From Leucoraja ocellata (lineage: Eukaryota): a DNA stretch of 64,000 nucleotides. A program made the translations under genes and the position numbers. Under the pieces are notes generated by a model. It searched no databases. It worked only from the letters and a program-made list of their open reading frames with translations, and was not told the DNA's origin. Every line of letters starts with the position of its first letter. Position 1 is the first letter of the stretch. The stretch is taken from the NCBI GenBank assembly GCA_036785375.1, contig JAWMAR010000033.1, positions 3,286,001 to 3,350,000 on the forward strand. Direction: 5' to 3'. Below, piece after piece: positions 1-12,828 of this stretch.

Positions 1-1064
1 CTTGATGCGTTTTCAACAATTTTCTTTCAGTCAAATCAATGTCTCACTCAACAGCCTTGAAAAGGAAGAAAACACATTCTTTTCTTGGCACATACAGTTG
101 GGGAGCGAATAAGGGAAGGAAAAGGTTGACGTGATTGAGGATGCCTTTCGAAGATCAGAACCATGAGAAACATGGCTAAGAGAATCAGAAAAATGAAGAA
201 ATGCATTGATGTTATATGTACAGTTGATACAGTCTTTTCACCTTGATGTATTGCCATATGTAAGATAGGCATTTTATCATTGAGTGGAGGGAAGATAAAG
301 CTGACAAGATCCAACTTGAAATATAAATTCTCTGACTGTTCATGGAATGTGATTTTAACTCCACTTTTTATTATTTTGATTTGACTCATCACTGAATTTT
401 GATGTGGGCAAAATTTTGGTTCAACACAAATGGATGTAACGAGTCTTTATGTTTTTGATTGTCTCAGTTTAAAACAATACACAAAAATAAAAATGGTTTA
501 TAATTTAAAAGAAATGATAGTAGGAGAAAATATGCCACTCGTATCTTGGTAACCAAAATAAAATTTAAATGTCCTTAATTGCAATAATTCATCTTCCTTT
601 GAACAGGGTTGGTAACGAGCATTGCACTGTTAATTTAAACCATTACATTTCTGAATCTGGAGTTGGCAAACACTACATATATCTCCATCTTCTTGGATAT
701 TCAAAGTGATTTTTCTTTTGGACGAGCTGATGGAAAGCAAGTTGTTGATCAAGAAGGCATACACATTCTTATGGGATATGGTGATGAGCTTATTATTGAT
801 TAGAATCACTACAAAGAAACATTCCTGGTGGTATTGCAATGTAAAAATATTCATTTGTTTTCATATTGGCTGACTGACTATGGGATTTACTCATTTAAAA
901 ATGCACTTGTTAGCTTCATAATATTAAGCCTCCATCTTTGGTAACTCATCCTATCGTGTTAGCTTTACAGTTTGAGACATGATTACAACTTAGTAATTGT
1001 TGGTACTGTTTGTTACAGAGCAGTTTGTTTTCATATATTTTCCCAATTATATATTTTTGAATAG

Positions 1065-1178
<114 letters not shown>

Positions 1179-1308
1179 TGAGGAGGGTGCTTTGAATTAA
1201 TTTCATTATTCCCTGGCAAATTTGATTTTATTCTTTTTTGATGTTTACAGCTAACTTGCTTGATTTTGTAGCTAAACTTCTAAATAGTAATTTTACATTC
1301 TAATCCTA

Positions 1309-1800
1309 GTGGCACAGGTAGTAGAGCAGCTGCCTCCGTTCCAGCGATTTGGGTTAAATCCTGACCTCTGGTGCTGTCTAGTGGTGTTTCCATTGAGGAC
1401 ATAGTTAGATCCTGACCTCAGGTGATGTCTGTATGGAGTTTGTACATAGAAACCTAGAGAAACATAGAAAATAGGTGCAGGAGGAGGCAATTCGGCCTTT
1501 TGAGCCATTCATTGTGATCATGGCTGATCGTCCCCTACCAATAACCTGTGCCTGCATTCTCCCCATATCCCTTCATTCAACTAGCCTCTATCTAACTCTC
1601 TCTTAAATCTACATTCTCCCTGCGACAGTGTGGGTTGTTTCTGTCTGCACTACTTTCCCCCCACACTCCAAAGATGTGCAGGTTTGTAGGTTAATTGGCT
1701 TCTGTAAATTGTAGATTGTTTGTATTATGTAGGATAGTGCTGATGTATGGGGTGATTGCTGGTTAGAGTTGACTCAGTGTGGAAAATGCCCTTCGGCCCA
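1309..1800 (+). mobile_element. tRNA-derived V-SINE (HE1-like) interrupted by a CR1 3' fragment
   Basis: Head gtggcacaggtagtagagcagctgcc...gggttaaatcctgacc. Core ggagtttgtacat//tctccc...cccacactccaaagatgtgcaggtttgtaggttaattggc is shared with other SINE copies in the window. Confidence 0.75.
1448..1608 (-). mobile_element. CR1/HER1-like LINE 3' end nested in a SINE
   Basis: agaaacatagaaaataggtgcaggaggaggc...gtgatcatggctgatc matches the reverse complement of the CR1 3' UTR at 27950-28040. Confidence 0.75.
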
Positions 1801-2749
1801 CCATCTCAAATCTAAAGTTCAAAGAGGAACGGGGAAGAGGAATCTATGATTGCATGAGTTCCTTCTGGGTGCTCTGGTTTTCTCCCGCATCCCAAAAACA
1901 TGCAGGTTTGTAAATAACTGGCCATTCCAAATTGCCATGGTGTACAGATAAATGGCAGGATCTGATGAGGTGAGGAGGTGATGGGTCTTAGGTTACAGGC
2001 AAAATTAGTGGAGGAATGGGGGTTTCTCAGAGCCTACATAACCTTGATGGGCCAAATAGGTTTCATCTGTCTAAAAAGAAATATGCAGCTTTCCAGGAAT
2101 TTTGTCATAATGTATGATGTATTTCCCTTGACTGTTACAGTGGTGATCTCTTTAATTGATACTGACGTATACTTGGGTATAATAAATATGAAAGATACAA
2201 TACTGTTAAAATTCTAGTCAAGTGACATCATTGATAGAGTGCTTTTAGTCCAAGAATGGAATGGGGTAGAACGATTTGATATTGAACTTATGACTTCTAT
2301 TCATAGAAACCTACTTATTTGATTCAAGAATGAAACAGCATTGGTAACCTGTGGATTCAATTCTTTGATGCCAATAATTGAATTGTATGAGTAAAATGCC
2401 ACAAAGTAAGCTGGTCAGAAAAGCTAAAGAACATAAACTGTGAATTTGAACTGAAAGAGGCAATAAGCTACAATTGACTTTGCTGCAAAATGTAGAGGAA
2501 GTAGTGATTAGACGTTTTTTTTTAGATTCATAAAAAGAATATGCTGCTGCTCACCTAGAGATCGCTCGGGCCAGGTTTATCAACATCACATCCTAACAAT
2601 GAGGGACAAATTATGGGCAAGTGAGCATGGCGTATTGGTTGCAGGGCCACAGCAATGGTACACTGTATAGCAGAGGTCCTGATATCAGAACAAATATAAT
2701 AGACTAAACTGTTGCCCTTTATTGTTGCCATTGTATGAAATGACATTCA

Positions 2750-2964
2750 TACCCCTGTCCCACTTAGGAAACCTGAACGGAAACCTCTGGAGACTTTGCG
2801 CCCCACCCAAGGTTTCCGTGCGGTTCCCGGAGGTTTTTGTCAGTCTCCCTACCTGCTTCCACTACCTGCAACCACCTGCAACCTCTGGGAACCGCACGGA
2901 AACCTTGGGTGGGGCGCAAAGTCTCCAGAGGTTTCCATTCATGTTTCCTAAGTGGGACGGGCAT
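2750..2964. mobile_element. MITE with ~85-bp TIRs (PIF/Harbinger-like ends)
   Basis: Left cccctgtcccacttaggaaacctgaacggaaacctctggagactttgcgccccacccaaggtttccgtgcggttccc pairs with right gggaaccgcacggaaaccttgggtggggcgcaaagtctccagaggtttcc...cctaagtgggac. Second copy at 38798-39022. Superfamily assignment is inferred. Confidence 0.8.
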
Positions 2965-4469
2965 AACTGAGAAAGGAAAGAATCCAACCAGTAAATTCCA
3001 AAGGGAAAACTGTAGCCTCCTCAAAGAAAAAACATATTTAAAAAAAATCAAAAAAAATCATCCTTTCCCTTTTAAAAAGCTAGACCAGAGGATAAATAAT
3101 TTCCAGTTCCATGAGTCAGGAACGAGAGACATTTCCACCCTCAAAAACTGTTTAGAGCATCAGCTTAATCTCAGATTATTTTAAGGTGATGTGACTGTGA
3201 CTAGTTGAAAGAATGAGGAAAGGATGATTGGTTGGAGTTAGGTGTTCAGTTATTGGTAGCTTGACTAGAAGGCAGAAAGTCATTACTGGTAATTCTGTTT
3301 ACTTCTTATATCAATCTACCACATGTATGAATATTATATTGGTGCCTTAATGGATGGATTAAGTGAATGGTAATAATACATTGGCAATAAGGATTCCCAG
3401 GACTATGATGTGGATGTCCATGCTAAAGCATCATGATAGCAGTGAGGGATTGGAGTTCTTCATGAAGATTGGGTTGAAAAGCAAACTGCAATAAGGGTTC
3501 AACATCATGAAGGCTGAGGACAGTGAATGAAAAAGCACTGTTTTTATTGACAAAACTGACAATATGATGTAGATGTAAGGTGCTCAACAAAAATAAACAA
3601 AATGCCATGAGATAAACATCATGCAATGATGGTGATGATCTGGAAATCACTCTGAAAGTCAGATAAAGCGGATGATATGGATTTCTGCAAGAAATTAGAT
3701 AGTACTAAAACAGATATAAAAATAACTAGGCTACAGAGTCAGTGCTCATTGATTTGCGAGAATGGTCTCAATCGGACAAATGAACTTCTGTGCAATAATA
3801 TTTTTATGATTTCTGAAAATATATTTTAATTAAAATGGATTAATCGTGTAGATCATTAATGTATTCCAAAAGGGAACATGTTGAGCATATGGACATACTT
3901 ATTCCTGTGAATATTTTCTCTAAAAGCTACTATAATATGATAATCATTTCATAGAAATATCCTGTGCATATTGTGTTTACAACACTATGAATGTCTGTTA
4001 CCACACACAGAACTTTGGCATGACTCACGGAATTAACATATAATGTTAGAGTTCTGGAACCAAAAATTAATAGACTTTGTGTTGGTATTATTTTGTTTAA
4101 GCAGAACAGGTAAGTCAATAAATAATGAGGCGATAATTCAGACTTTCAGCAGTTCATGGGAGCTGAGACAGATTAGAAGCACACCGTGTTTTAGAGGTAG
4201 AAATGCACAATTTAAATGTTGGAATAACTAAGTGGATGGAAGCAGCTGTTCAATGCTTTTTCATCAACAATGTTAAAATGGTCACTTCAATGCATTGGCA
4301 AGTGATCTTCCAGCACCTTAATGTCTGAAGTGGATTGTTTACTGATGATTGTACTATGTTTAATCCCACCTGCAACTCTTCATCTGCAGGATACACCAGG
4401 AGATGGTCAACCTTTGAACTTTAATATGTAGCAAGTTAAATGTGTACCACACAAACACTGAGTATACCC

Positions 4470-4830
4470 AATAGCTACTACCTGACATTCAACACCATTA
4501 TCTTTTACCATAGCCCCTGCAAGCACTTAAACACCTAACAATGTTCATCTAATATTGATCGGAAACTTAATGGCAGATCAGAAGTTTTTGTTTTTTAAAT
4601 GACTCAACATTCTATTCCTCAAAGCCTTTCTACTATCTACAAGATGTCAGGCGTGTGATGCCAAGTCTGCGCGCGTCTGGATGAGTGCAACTCCAACTTT
4701 AAAGATATTCGACACCGTTCAGGGTAAAACTTGTCATTAATTGGCACCCTATTCTTCCCTCTAACCATTCATTCCCTTCATCTCTGCACTTTTTGTCTTG
4801 GTGGGTACCAAAAGCAAGTTGTACTGCAAG
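4470..4830 (+). mobile_element. Old degenerate CR1-group LINE fragment
   Basis: ctttctactatctacaag...tctggatgagtgcaactccaac...cgacaccgttcagg...attggcacc resembles the post-RT region of old elasmobranch LINEs; similar words recur near 43700. No ORF. Confidence 0.45.
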
Positions 4831-5261
4831 GCTTCTTCACCTAAACCTCAAACTCTAATTGGAACGTCAGCCCTTGTAAGTTTCCATGCAAGGTAAACAT
4901 CATTTAAATTTGGAAATATACCAAAGTGTCTCAAAGTTGTAGAGCTCCCTGCCTGAGAGCACCAAGAAAACAGTGTTTTAAAAGTAACCCCATGACCATC
5001 TTCTCAAAGGAAATTAAAGATGTCCATTAAATTCTGGCCTTGCGAGTATCATTTTTTTGGTCAAGAGAAAAACGGATCAGATTTTACTGTTCCTATGCAG
5101 CTTTGCTTCTGACTAGCTAATTCTGCACATGCATTTATTCATTCTACCTCTTTGTTTTGTTAATTCCACCTGAATCTTCCCATCCCAAATGATTGCATTC
5201 ATATTTCTGATCGATTTCCTGTTGGTTTTCAACAAATATTGACCAGAGCCATTTTCTTTCT

Positions 5262-5762
5262 TGATTCCGCAAGAAAATTCTGCTTTCGTGCTCTTAAATA
5301 CACGTTCTTCTCCTCTGGCTGGCCACGGCACTGGGAACCCGCCCAGGGGACCTGAAGGATCAGCCAACCACAACAGTGGGAACCTACCCGGAGGACCCGA
5401 AAGCTTGGCGGACCACGATACCAAGAGGGAGCCACTGGAGACGTCGGACTCGAGGAGCAAGGAAGAGGATGCCACCAGCACCTTCAAGGTCGGCTGCAGA
5501 AGGCGGGCCCTAGGGACAAAAAGATGGTTGGGTGAGGAGAGGGATGTCGGTTCACAGGCAGACCTGGTCGAAGGCGATGGAGCAAGGCCTACTGGAGACT
5601 TGGTCTTACCTGGATTGGGAACCTGCTCCAGTAGTTCAGGTGGGCCAGACTTTGGAGATGGCACCAGAACATGTCGCCAAAACATGGCAGCGCCTGCATG
5701 TATAAACATGCAAAAAGAATTTGACTGTGCAGTTACACATGTGACAAATAAGGCACCATTGA
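5262..5762 (+). repeat. GC-rich non-autonomous interspersed repeat with a LINE-like gtgacaaataa tail
   Basis: The 3' ~130 bp (gggccagactttgg...atggc...gcatgt..aaa.atgcaaaaagaatt...gtgacaaataaggcaccattg) recurs at 49855-49950. Confidence 0.6.
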
Positions 5763-7639
5763 AACATCCTGCTCACTAAGTCTGCAGCTGGCAAATCACC
5801 ATCTGATAAGATGGTGGTAACACCACAGGAGCTTCAGTATCAGCTACTTGAATCAATGGAACTTAGCACCAGCTATCTTACTTGTTCATATCGATAACTC
5901 TTTGGTTCTCTGGAAGAAACAAGAATGACCTACTTAACACTTCTGGTATTAAATCAACTCTGTTTAACGAACAGTGTATTTACAATTTTCAATTTCAAAA
6001 TACTCAATGGATAAATATTGTTGTAAATGTACATGTTGTTTTGGGTGTGTCACTATATTCTTGAATGGTTGTTATCCATGTTTTAGTTAGAACTGTACTT
6101 TTAGAAAGAATATTCTGATAAACAGCTGTACAAACTAAGTGCAAGTCTTGCAACAACAAGGTACGCTTTAATGCATGGGTTATGTGTTGACCTTTCTCAA
6201 CCTTTTCATGTTTGAGTCCTGGTGGCAAGTAAATTCAAAAGGAAAAATTTGAAATTAATTCTGAACATTCTCCCGTAGCCAGCTTGACACCAGTATGAAT
6301 GCAATCGGAAGACTGTAAACACGCACCCTCATTTGAAACAGTTTTCTGTATCCAAGCAACAGAGATCACACTAGTAAAGTGACATCAAAGCTACTCTGTC
6401 ATTCTGTCAGTCTGCCTACAGATGTAACGCTGTATTTGGGAATCATAAACAATGTGCTTATACTGTGTGTGTATGCGCATATATAAGACCTGGAGTTGGA
6501 TGATGTGGAAACATGTAAGACAAAGATTTGCGACCATAATGTCCCCACACAATTAATTTTTTAATCTGTCTGACTCATTGGAATAGGTAATAAACAGAGG
6601 TTGGCGGTTCAGTTACAAAAAGGAGAGGGAATATCCTTTTTTGCAACAAAGCACCCAGTCATATAGCTCCTTTAAGTTAAATATATTTGGTTCTACTACA
6701 ATGGGATTCATGGTCACAGATATTGGAGGGATCAATTGAAACTGTGTATGAGGGCACAACTACAGAAATGTGGATGGCACGTGGAAACTAGTAGAGATAG
6801 TGAGAACTAGGCCACTGGAAAGATATTCAAAAATAAGATTGCAAAAATGTGTTTTTAAACTGAGAGTCAGCACAGGCAAAATAAAAAACCACGGGAAAGA
6901 AGTGACCAAAATCATAAGCAAATCAGGATGTGACAACACGTGTTCTAGAGAGGCAGATTGAAGGACAAAACATCAGTGGAACAGACGGGCCATAAATCAG
7001 GCTTTCAGGTAGCACATCACCTGAGGCAGGCCAAAAGCAAACAATGTTAGAAAAGTATGAATAAATAGTTTTAAATGTAAAAGAGAGACATGGATTAAAG
7101 CCTAGCTCAGTGTCACGATGCAAGATGGGTGAACATTTTAGCTCAGATTCAGACACGTTCCCAAGTTTGCAGTGATGGCTACAGAAAGATTAGTTTGCAA
7201 GGTTTTGTTGAATAATTGAGGAAGGCATGACTGTGCCAGCTTATAAAATGGGGAATAGTGTCCAAGGTGAGGGCTGTTAAAAAATATCAGCTAATATTAG
7301 GCTCATTTTGCTTTATGCTCTAGGTTGTCTCTTTCACCCTTGGAGAATTTAATTACGCAATATAATATACTTTAAACATACTGTGTACTTCAATGACCAT
7401 ACAGTTTTAATGTTAACTAATTTTAATATTAACTAAACATCTGCTTTCTGGTGCCCCTCTCTCATTGTCTAAATGTAATTCATTTCACAGTTGTCCCTTG
7501 AATGTTGCTCTTTAACTTTAAACATTGCTCATTCTCTAACTACAGTACATGTATTTTGAATGTAACATAAGTCAATTGAACACCACAATAGGCAATCAGT
7601 CCTTTTGGCAGCTTCTTGTATTCCCAAGTTTGCCATAGC

Positions 7640-7941
7640 GGGAGCGTTCTGTAGCCGGGGGTCGGCTTCAGGCGGGGCCTGTCGGGAGGGGGGGGGGGGG
7701 TGTGGGGTTGTGCGGGATGGGGGTGTTGAGAAGGGTTTTGTAACTTTTTAAATGTCATTAATTGGTGAAATATAACATTAATCTGAACAAAACGTGACAT
7801 AAACCACCACAGGACTGAGTAAGGTGGTGCAAAGTTTTAGTACCGTTTTGTCGTAGTTCTGGGTGCACATACGCATGCATAGATAGGTAGAGAGATAGAA
7901 ACAACCAAGATGAGAGTTTTAGTTATAGATATAGATTATAG
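7640..7941 (+). mobile_element. Helitron-like non-autonomous repeat, copy A (3' part)
   Basis: Shares aaatataacat.aatctgaacaaa...caccacaggact..gagtaaggtggtgcaaa and the end caagatg.ga.ttttagt.ata...tagat with adjacent copy B. No TIRs seen. Confidence 0.5.
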
Positions 7942-7949
7942 AGATAATA

Positions 7950-8558
7950 TACCAAACCAAGTGGGACGCGTTGGGTCACTGTCACACAGGAGGCCTGGTC
8001 CCCCAACGCAATATTCCACCACTCGCCCATAGCCCCCATGGGAGACCTGGTCCCCCAACGCAACCCGTTCCCCCACCAATATTTCACCACTCACCTGTTT
8101 CCCCCAATGCTACACGTTCCTCCAACACAATATTCTACCACTCAACCATAACCCCCAACTGCGCAGGGGCTGCTCGTTGTTTCCCGTTGTTCACCTTCCC
8201 TCATTTTAAACTTTAAAAAAAATGCAATTGCACTTGCTTGGGGTGGCAGAACTCAGTGTCCTGGGATAGCAACATTGTAACAAGCAGGGCTACAATCCCA
8301 TTATGACGTCATGGCTGTAAGTGCCAATGCAGATGGATGAATTTTTTCTCAAATTGGTGTTTCGTAAAAAATGTGAATAACTTTTAAAATATAACATCAA
8401 TCTGAACAAACCTTGATGCACAACACCACAGGACTATGGTGAGTAAGGTGGTGCAAAAATTGTAGCACTATCGTGTACCTTTTTGGCATAGTTCTCGTCA
8501 TGAAAAGCACGCAAACAATCACGGACAAGATGGGATTTAGTAATATAAAAATAGATGG
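7950..8558 (+). mobile_element. Helitron-like non-autonomous repeat, copy B, with internal minisatellite
   Basis: Imperfect 5' hairpin gggacgcgttgggtcac, internal repeats (cccccaacgcaa...aatattccaccactc), and 3' ttttagtaatataaaaatagat. Head-to-tail with copy A. Confidence 0.5.
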
Positions 8559-10377
8559 ATGTCGACTCTATAACACCACAGGTATTTGGAAAAGGACATA
8601 TCCAGCCTCTGCTTATAACGCCAGCCTCTTTAACGTTCCTTGTCAACTGATTGCTATCCCAGCTTCCGATGAGGAACCAAAGTTTGGTCTATTTTGATTT
8701 AATGTAAATGAAGAGTGCATTTGCTGAAGAATGGATTACTGGCTTGTAGTGAAAATACAATTAAGTAATCTTTTAGTAAAGTAGCCCGGGATTAGTTCTT
8801 ATATAAAGTTGATCACTGATAGTGCGTATACCTGTCCTGTTGGGCCTTCACGTGGTCCACCCTGTTTCGACGAATGCAATCAACCTGGCGTACACAAACA
8901 GAAGATCAAACCGAACAAGTTGTCTTACAACTTTAGGCTGTGCACGCCATATGCGATAATAAGAAGCCTGGCTTGTTGCCACGAGTGTTTGTTCTTTGGG
9001 AGAATGAGATGGCTGTGGGTTCCTCAACATTTTTCAAGTATAGAGCAGGATTTTGCTGATTATACTATCACTAGTAGTCAAGAACATTTTGAAAAGCAAA
9101 ATATGATATAATATTAGGTGTTGTAAAGCATTAAAGTCATTGCAAAATGGATTACTAAGTTTCATTTGCAAGCAATAAACATTGCTATGAAGTGATGCAG
9201 ATGTTCTTGTTTTTATTGCCATGAATAATTACAGGTCATGTAACAATGATTAGTATGAAAAGTCTGTTCAAAGTACTTAATGCACAGATGTTAATTTGAA
9301 CAGCTTTTAAAGCTCATTGAGCTCTGTAGATTTGCTGTGCAACAAAACACAAAATTTGCAGTTTCCTTCCATGAGCACCATACGTTCATATAAGCACCCT
9401 GCCAAGTCAAATCAGTAAGCACGTGCTAAAAATCCCAAAGGATAGATGCCAATCATTTGTGGAACCGTAGGTATTTTACTTATTCAAAATTGATGCACAA
9501 TCGAGACTTCAAATCATAAGGTAAGTGGGATGATGATATTGTAATTATTCATAGATGGCACCACATCTTACACACAAGGACAGCACAGAAATGAATCATT
9601 CGGACAAACAAGTTCATTACATTGTTCAAACTCTACAGATTTCCCTCTGGTCTTATTAATCATTAATCATAAAGGTAAAATTTTCCTTTCACGCACTTTT
9701 CTATCTTCATCTTAAATGCATCAGCCAGTTCTTTGGTGCCAAGTTTCCCATTTTTATCACTCACCAGATAAAAAGATATTTTGAATATCTTATTGGATTG
9801 AATAATTTCCTTGTTATATTCCAGTTGGACTGACTAGGCTAAGAACACTTCTTTTGTTAAATAGATATACAAAAATGGCATTGTGTAGGTATCCCACAAG
9901 CTGTTATCCCAGCAGTCGTGATGCCAGTTTTATTTGCACTTTTCACGTTTAAGAGCATGAATGCATTTTTCTGTGCATTGTTCTTCTAATAACTGCAACA
10001 AATGTTGGTTAGAAAAGCTATACCACGTATCTGTGAAACTAAAGCTCAATCCTTTCAAGAGCACCTGACCATAAAATAATGAGCTTCATTCTGAGTTTTC
10101 ATGTTAGATGTTCAGCTGGACAGCTGGTGAAGAGCCAACTTAAAAGATAAAATGATCTCCGTATCCTAGTTATTGAGGTCAGGAGGAGCAATAGGCTCCA
10201 TCTACTAGGGGAGTTTTTGAGGCCACTTTGAGCAAAAAGGAAGCAGCAATGACTGTAGATCCTGAGATGAGTGCTGGGACTGAGTTTACAAGGACCTCAG
10301 ACTAATGCTGGAATAAATGTCCTGCCCTTCCATACAGAACCTTTGAATGTTATAGAGATAACACTTTAGAAATTGTC

Positions 10378-10648
10378 TTTAGTTTAGTTGAGATATACAG
10401 CGTGGAAACAGGCCCTTCGGCCCATTGAGTGCGCATTGACAATGTACACCAGTTCTATCCTACCAACCAGGACAATTTACAGAAGCCAATTAAGCTCCAA
10501 ACATGCACATTTTTGGAGCGTGGGAGGAAACCGTTGGAAACCCACACAGTCTTAGGGAGAATGCGCAAACTATGCACAGCAGCAATGCGTAGTCAGAATC
10601 TAAACCGGGTTTCTGGCGCTGAGAGGCAGCAACTCTACCGCTGCGCCC
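10378..10648 (-). mobile_element. V-SINE (HE1-like)
   Basis: Reverse complement of a tRNA-like head (gggcgcagcggtagagttgctgcc...), V core, and (aaact)n tail with aggcccttcggccc. Confidence 0.8.
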
Positions 10649-11669
10649 TGCATCTGGGGAAACAACTGCAGAATGTTTCTCAATTTGAAAAAGGCACACA
10701 GTATCTGGTGAAGTAACCTGTTCCATATTTCAGCCAGCTTTTCAATGATTATTTATTTTGAAATGCTTGAGTCCCATTGATTATTTTGTGCTGAGTCTCA
10801 ACCTGCAAAACCCCATCGTCAGGATTTTATTGACCTTTTTCCATTTTCGGACTGGTAGGTTAATATACATTGAATTTTCCTGACAAGAGTTTTATTTGTC
10901 TGTACCTGATGTCTTTAACAATGGCACTGCATAAGATAATAACTTTGAAGAGGAGGGTAAGAGTATAAAGAGCAGCATTGATGAGTCATATTTCTACATA
11001 ACATTACATTACAAAACCCATTGTGGAAGATAACAAGGAAATTGAATAAAGAAACCATAATGAAGGGTTTAATATAACTGCCGGGAGTTAGGTTAATAGA
11101 TTTATTTTTTGATCTTACATTTTATTCAGCAAGTTACATTCGATAATTGCAGATAAACATTTGGTTCTGTTTCGGGCAATGACAAAATTAACGAGGGCCG
11201 TTCATTGACATAGTTAAGTTGCAGAGATAAGATATTAATTCCTCATAGAAGACAAATTAAGTCAATTTACAAATGTGCAGATCTATGTCTTTTCTGAGTT
11301 TCACCCCAGCTCAGTTCTGTCCATGGTTTGTCTGTTTTTAGTTGGATTTAATTTGAAAGAATTTATGCACTGGCTAAAGTGTAAATAATATGGGGCCTTA
11401 ACCTTGGCCTGGTCGATAGCTGGCCATGATTTTCCACACATTGGAAAGCAACATAGAGCTGGGTGTGCAGCTCAGGTAAGATTTTAAGATCCCATTGTCA
11501 TCAGCTTGCCCAGACAAATTATGTGCCTTAACGGTGGGTCGAGGGGAAAAATCCTGTAACGTTATGTTGAGTGCCATTTTATGATGTCAGAAATGCTCAA
11601 TATTAGAAGAATTCAATTGGGAAGGTTTAACTGCATTATTAGAGAATGTACAATTCTGAAGTCTATTTA

Positions 11670-12130
11670 CAGGAGGAAGAGTAGACCAATTGGCCCCTCA
11701 GGTCTATTTTTCCATTTAATAAAATTGTGGCTGATCTGATGATAACTTCAACTTGGGCAACCTTTTATTTATTTTAAAATCTATCTACTATCTTATAAAT
11801 ATTCAAAGACCGTTTTGACTGCCCTCTGAAGAAAATATTCCAGTCTTACGACTTGGTTCTAAAATAAAAATATTCTCTTCCCTGTCTTTAATGGGCTATC
11901 TCTTATTTTTAACTGGGGGCCACATGTTGCAGATTTACATACAATAGAAAACTTCCTCCCTGCATCCACTCTATCATGAACCTTCAAGACTTTCCATTAC
12001 AACCCCTCTCACTCTTCTGAATTGCAGAGGACACTCGTTTAGCGATCTTTTTAAGTCTACCAACTCATTTCAGGTATTAATCTAGCAAACCTTCTCTGAA
12101 CTCCTTCCAAAGCTTTAGCACCCTATAATA
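11670..12130 (-). mobile_element. Degenerate CR1 LINE 3' region
   Basis: ggaagagtagacc...ggccc...tggctgatctg and ccctctcactcttctgaattgcagagg...ttcaggtattaatctagcaaaccttctctgaac resemble the CR1 3' UTR/ORF2 end in reverse. Confidence 0.5.
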
Positions 12131-12734
12131 TGGAAAACAATGCTATACTTTCCATATTAAAGAATGTATCCCAAAATACTCAAAATAACTCCCTCTTTTT
12201 AGATCTCTGATCGCTGTGAATAAAAGACGATATTCTATTATATTTCCTGTTACTTGCTGGATCTACACAATAGTCTTTTGTGGACAGAAAGAGAAAGAAG
12301 TGTACTATTAATACATGATGTTTAAAGCAAATTAGACTTTGACTCATTCTTATACCTTGTGAGTTTGTTATGTGAAGTGAGATGGAAGTTGACAACTTGG
12401 AATTCATCTGTCCTATTTTGAAGGTTCACCAGCGACTTTGGAAATTGTGCAAAACAAATCTTAACATTAAAGCACCTGATTTCTAGAACTAAAGTGCTAA
12501 TTCTCTTAATTAGTATGTTCAGAAGGCATTTGATACTCTTTGAAAGGTACCTTAACATTAAAACTCAGCCCGATCACAGCCAATTCAAATCTGAACTCCA
12601 TTCAAGCATAAGTACTTTCTATTCAACCCCGCATACTGGCCTGGAGGCATGTGTAAAATATTGTTGCTAATCACTGACATTGAAGTGGAATTAATATCCA
12701 TACTGGAAAACTGATAGGGACTCTTAAACCATCA

Positions 12735-12828
12735 AAAATAGACATAACGTGCTGGATTAAGCAGGTCAGACAGCATCTCTGGAGAACATTGATAGATGAG
12801 GTTTTGGGTTGAGACACTTGCTCAGACC
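12735..12828 (-). repeat. Degenerate Penelope terminal fragment
   Basis: tagacataacgtgctgga...ggtcagacagcatctctggagaac...gttttgggttgagacacttgctcagac is the same module as 38460-38561. Confidence 0.6.

Noticed and set aside
48-392. 114-aa minus-strand ORF with a hydrophobic stretch
   Set aside because: No motif, no splice support, antisense to the host gene; probably chance.
5113-5779. 198-aa and 172-aa opposing ORFs
   Set aside because: They coincide with a GC-rich interspersed repeat; no recognisable protein motif or splice context.
7990-8160. Short repeats with variable spacers, CRISPR-like at a glance
   Set aside because: Degenerate minisatellite inside a eukaryotic repeat; no constant repeat/spacer lengths and no cas genes.
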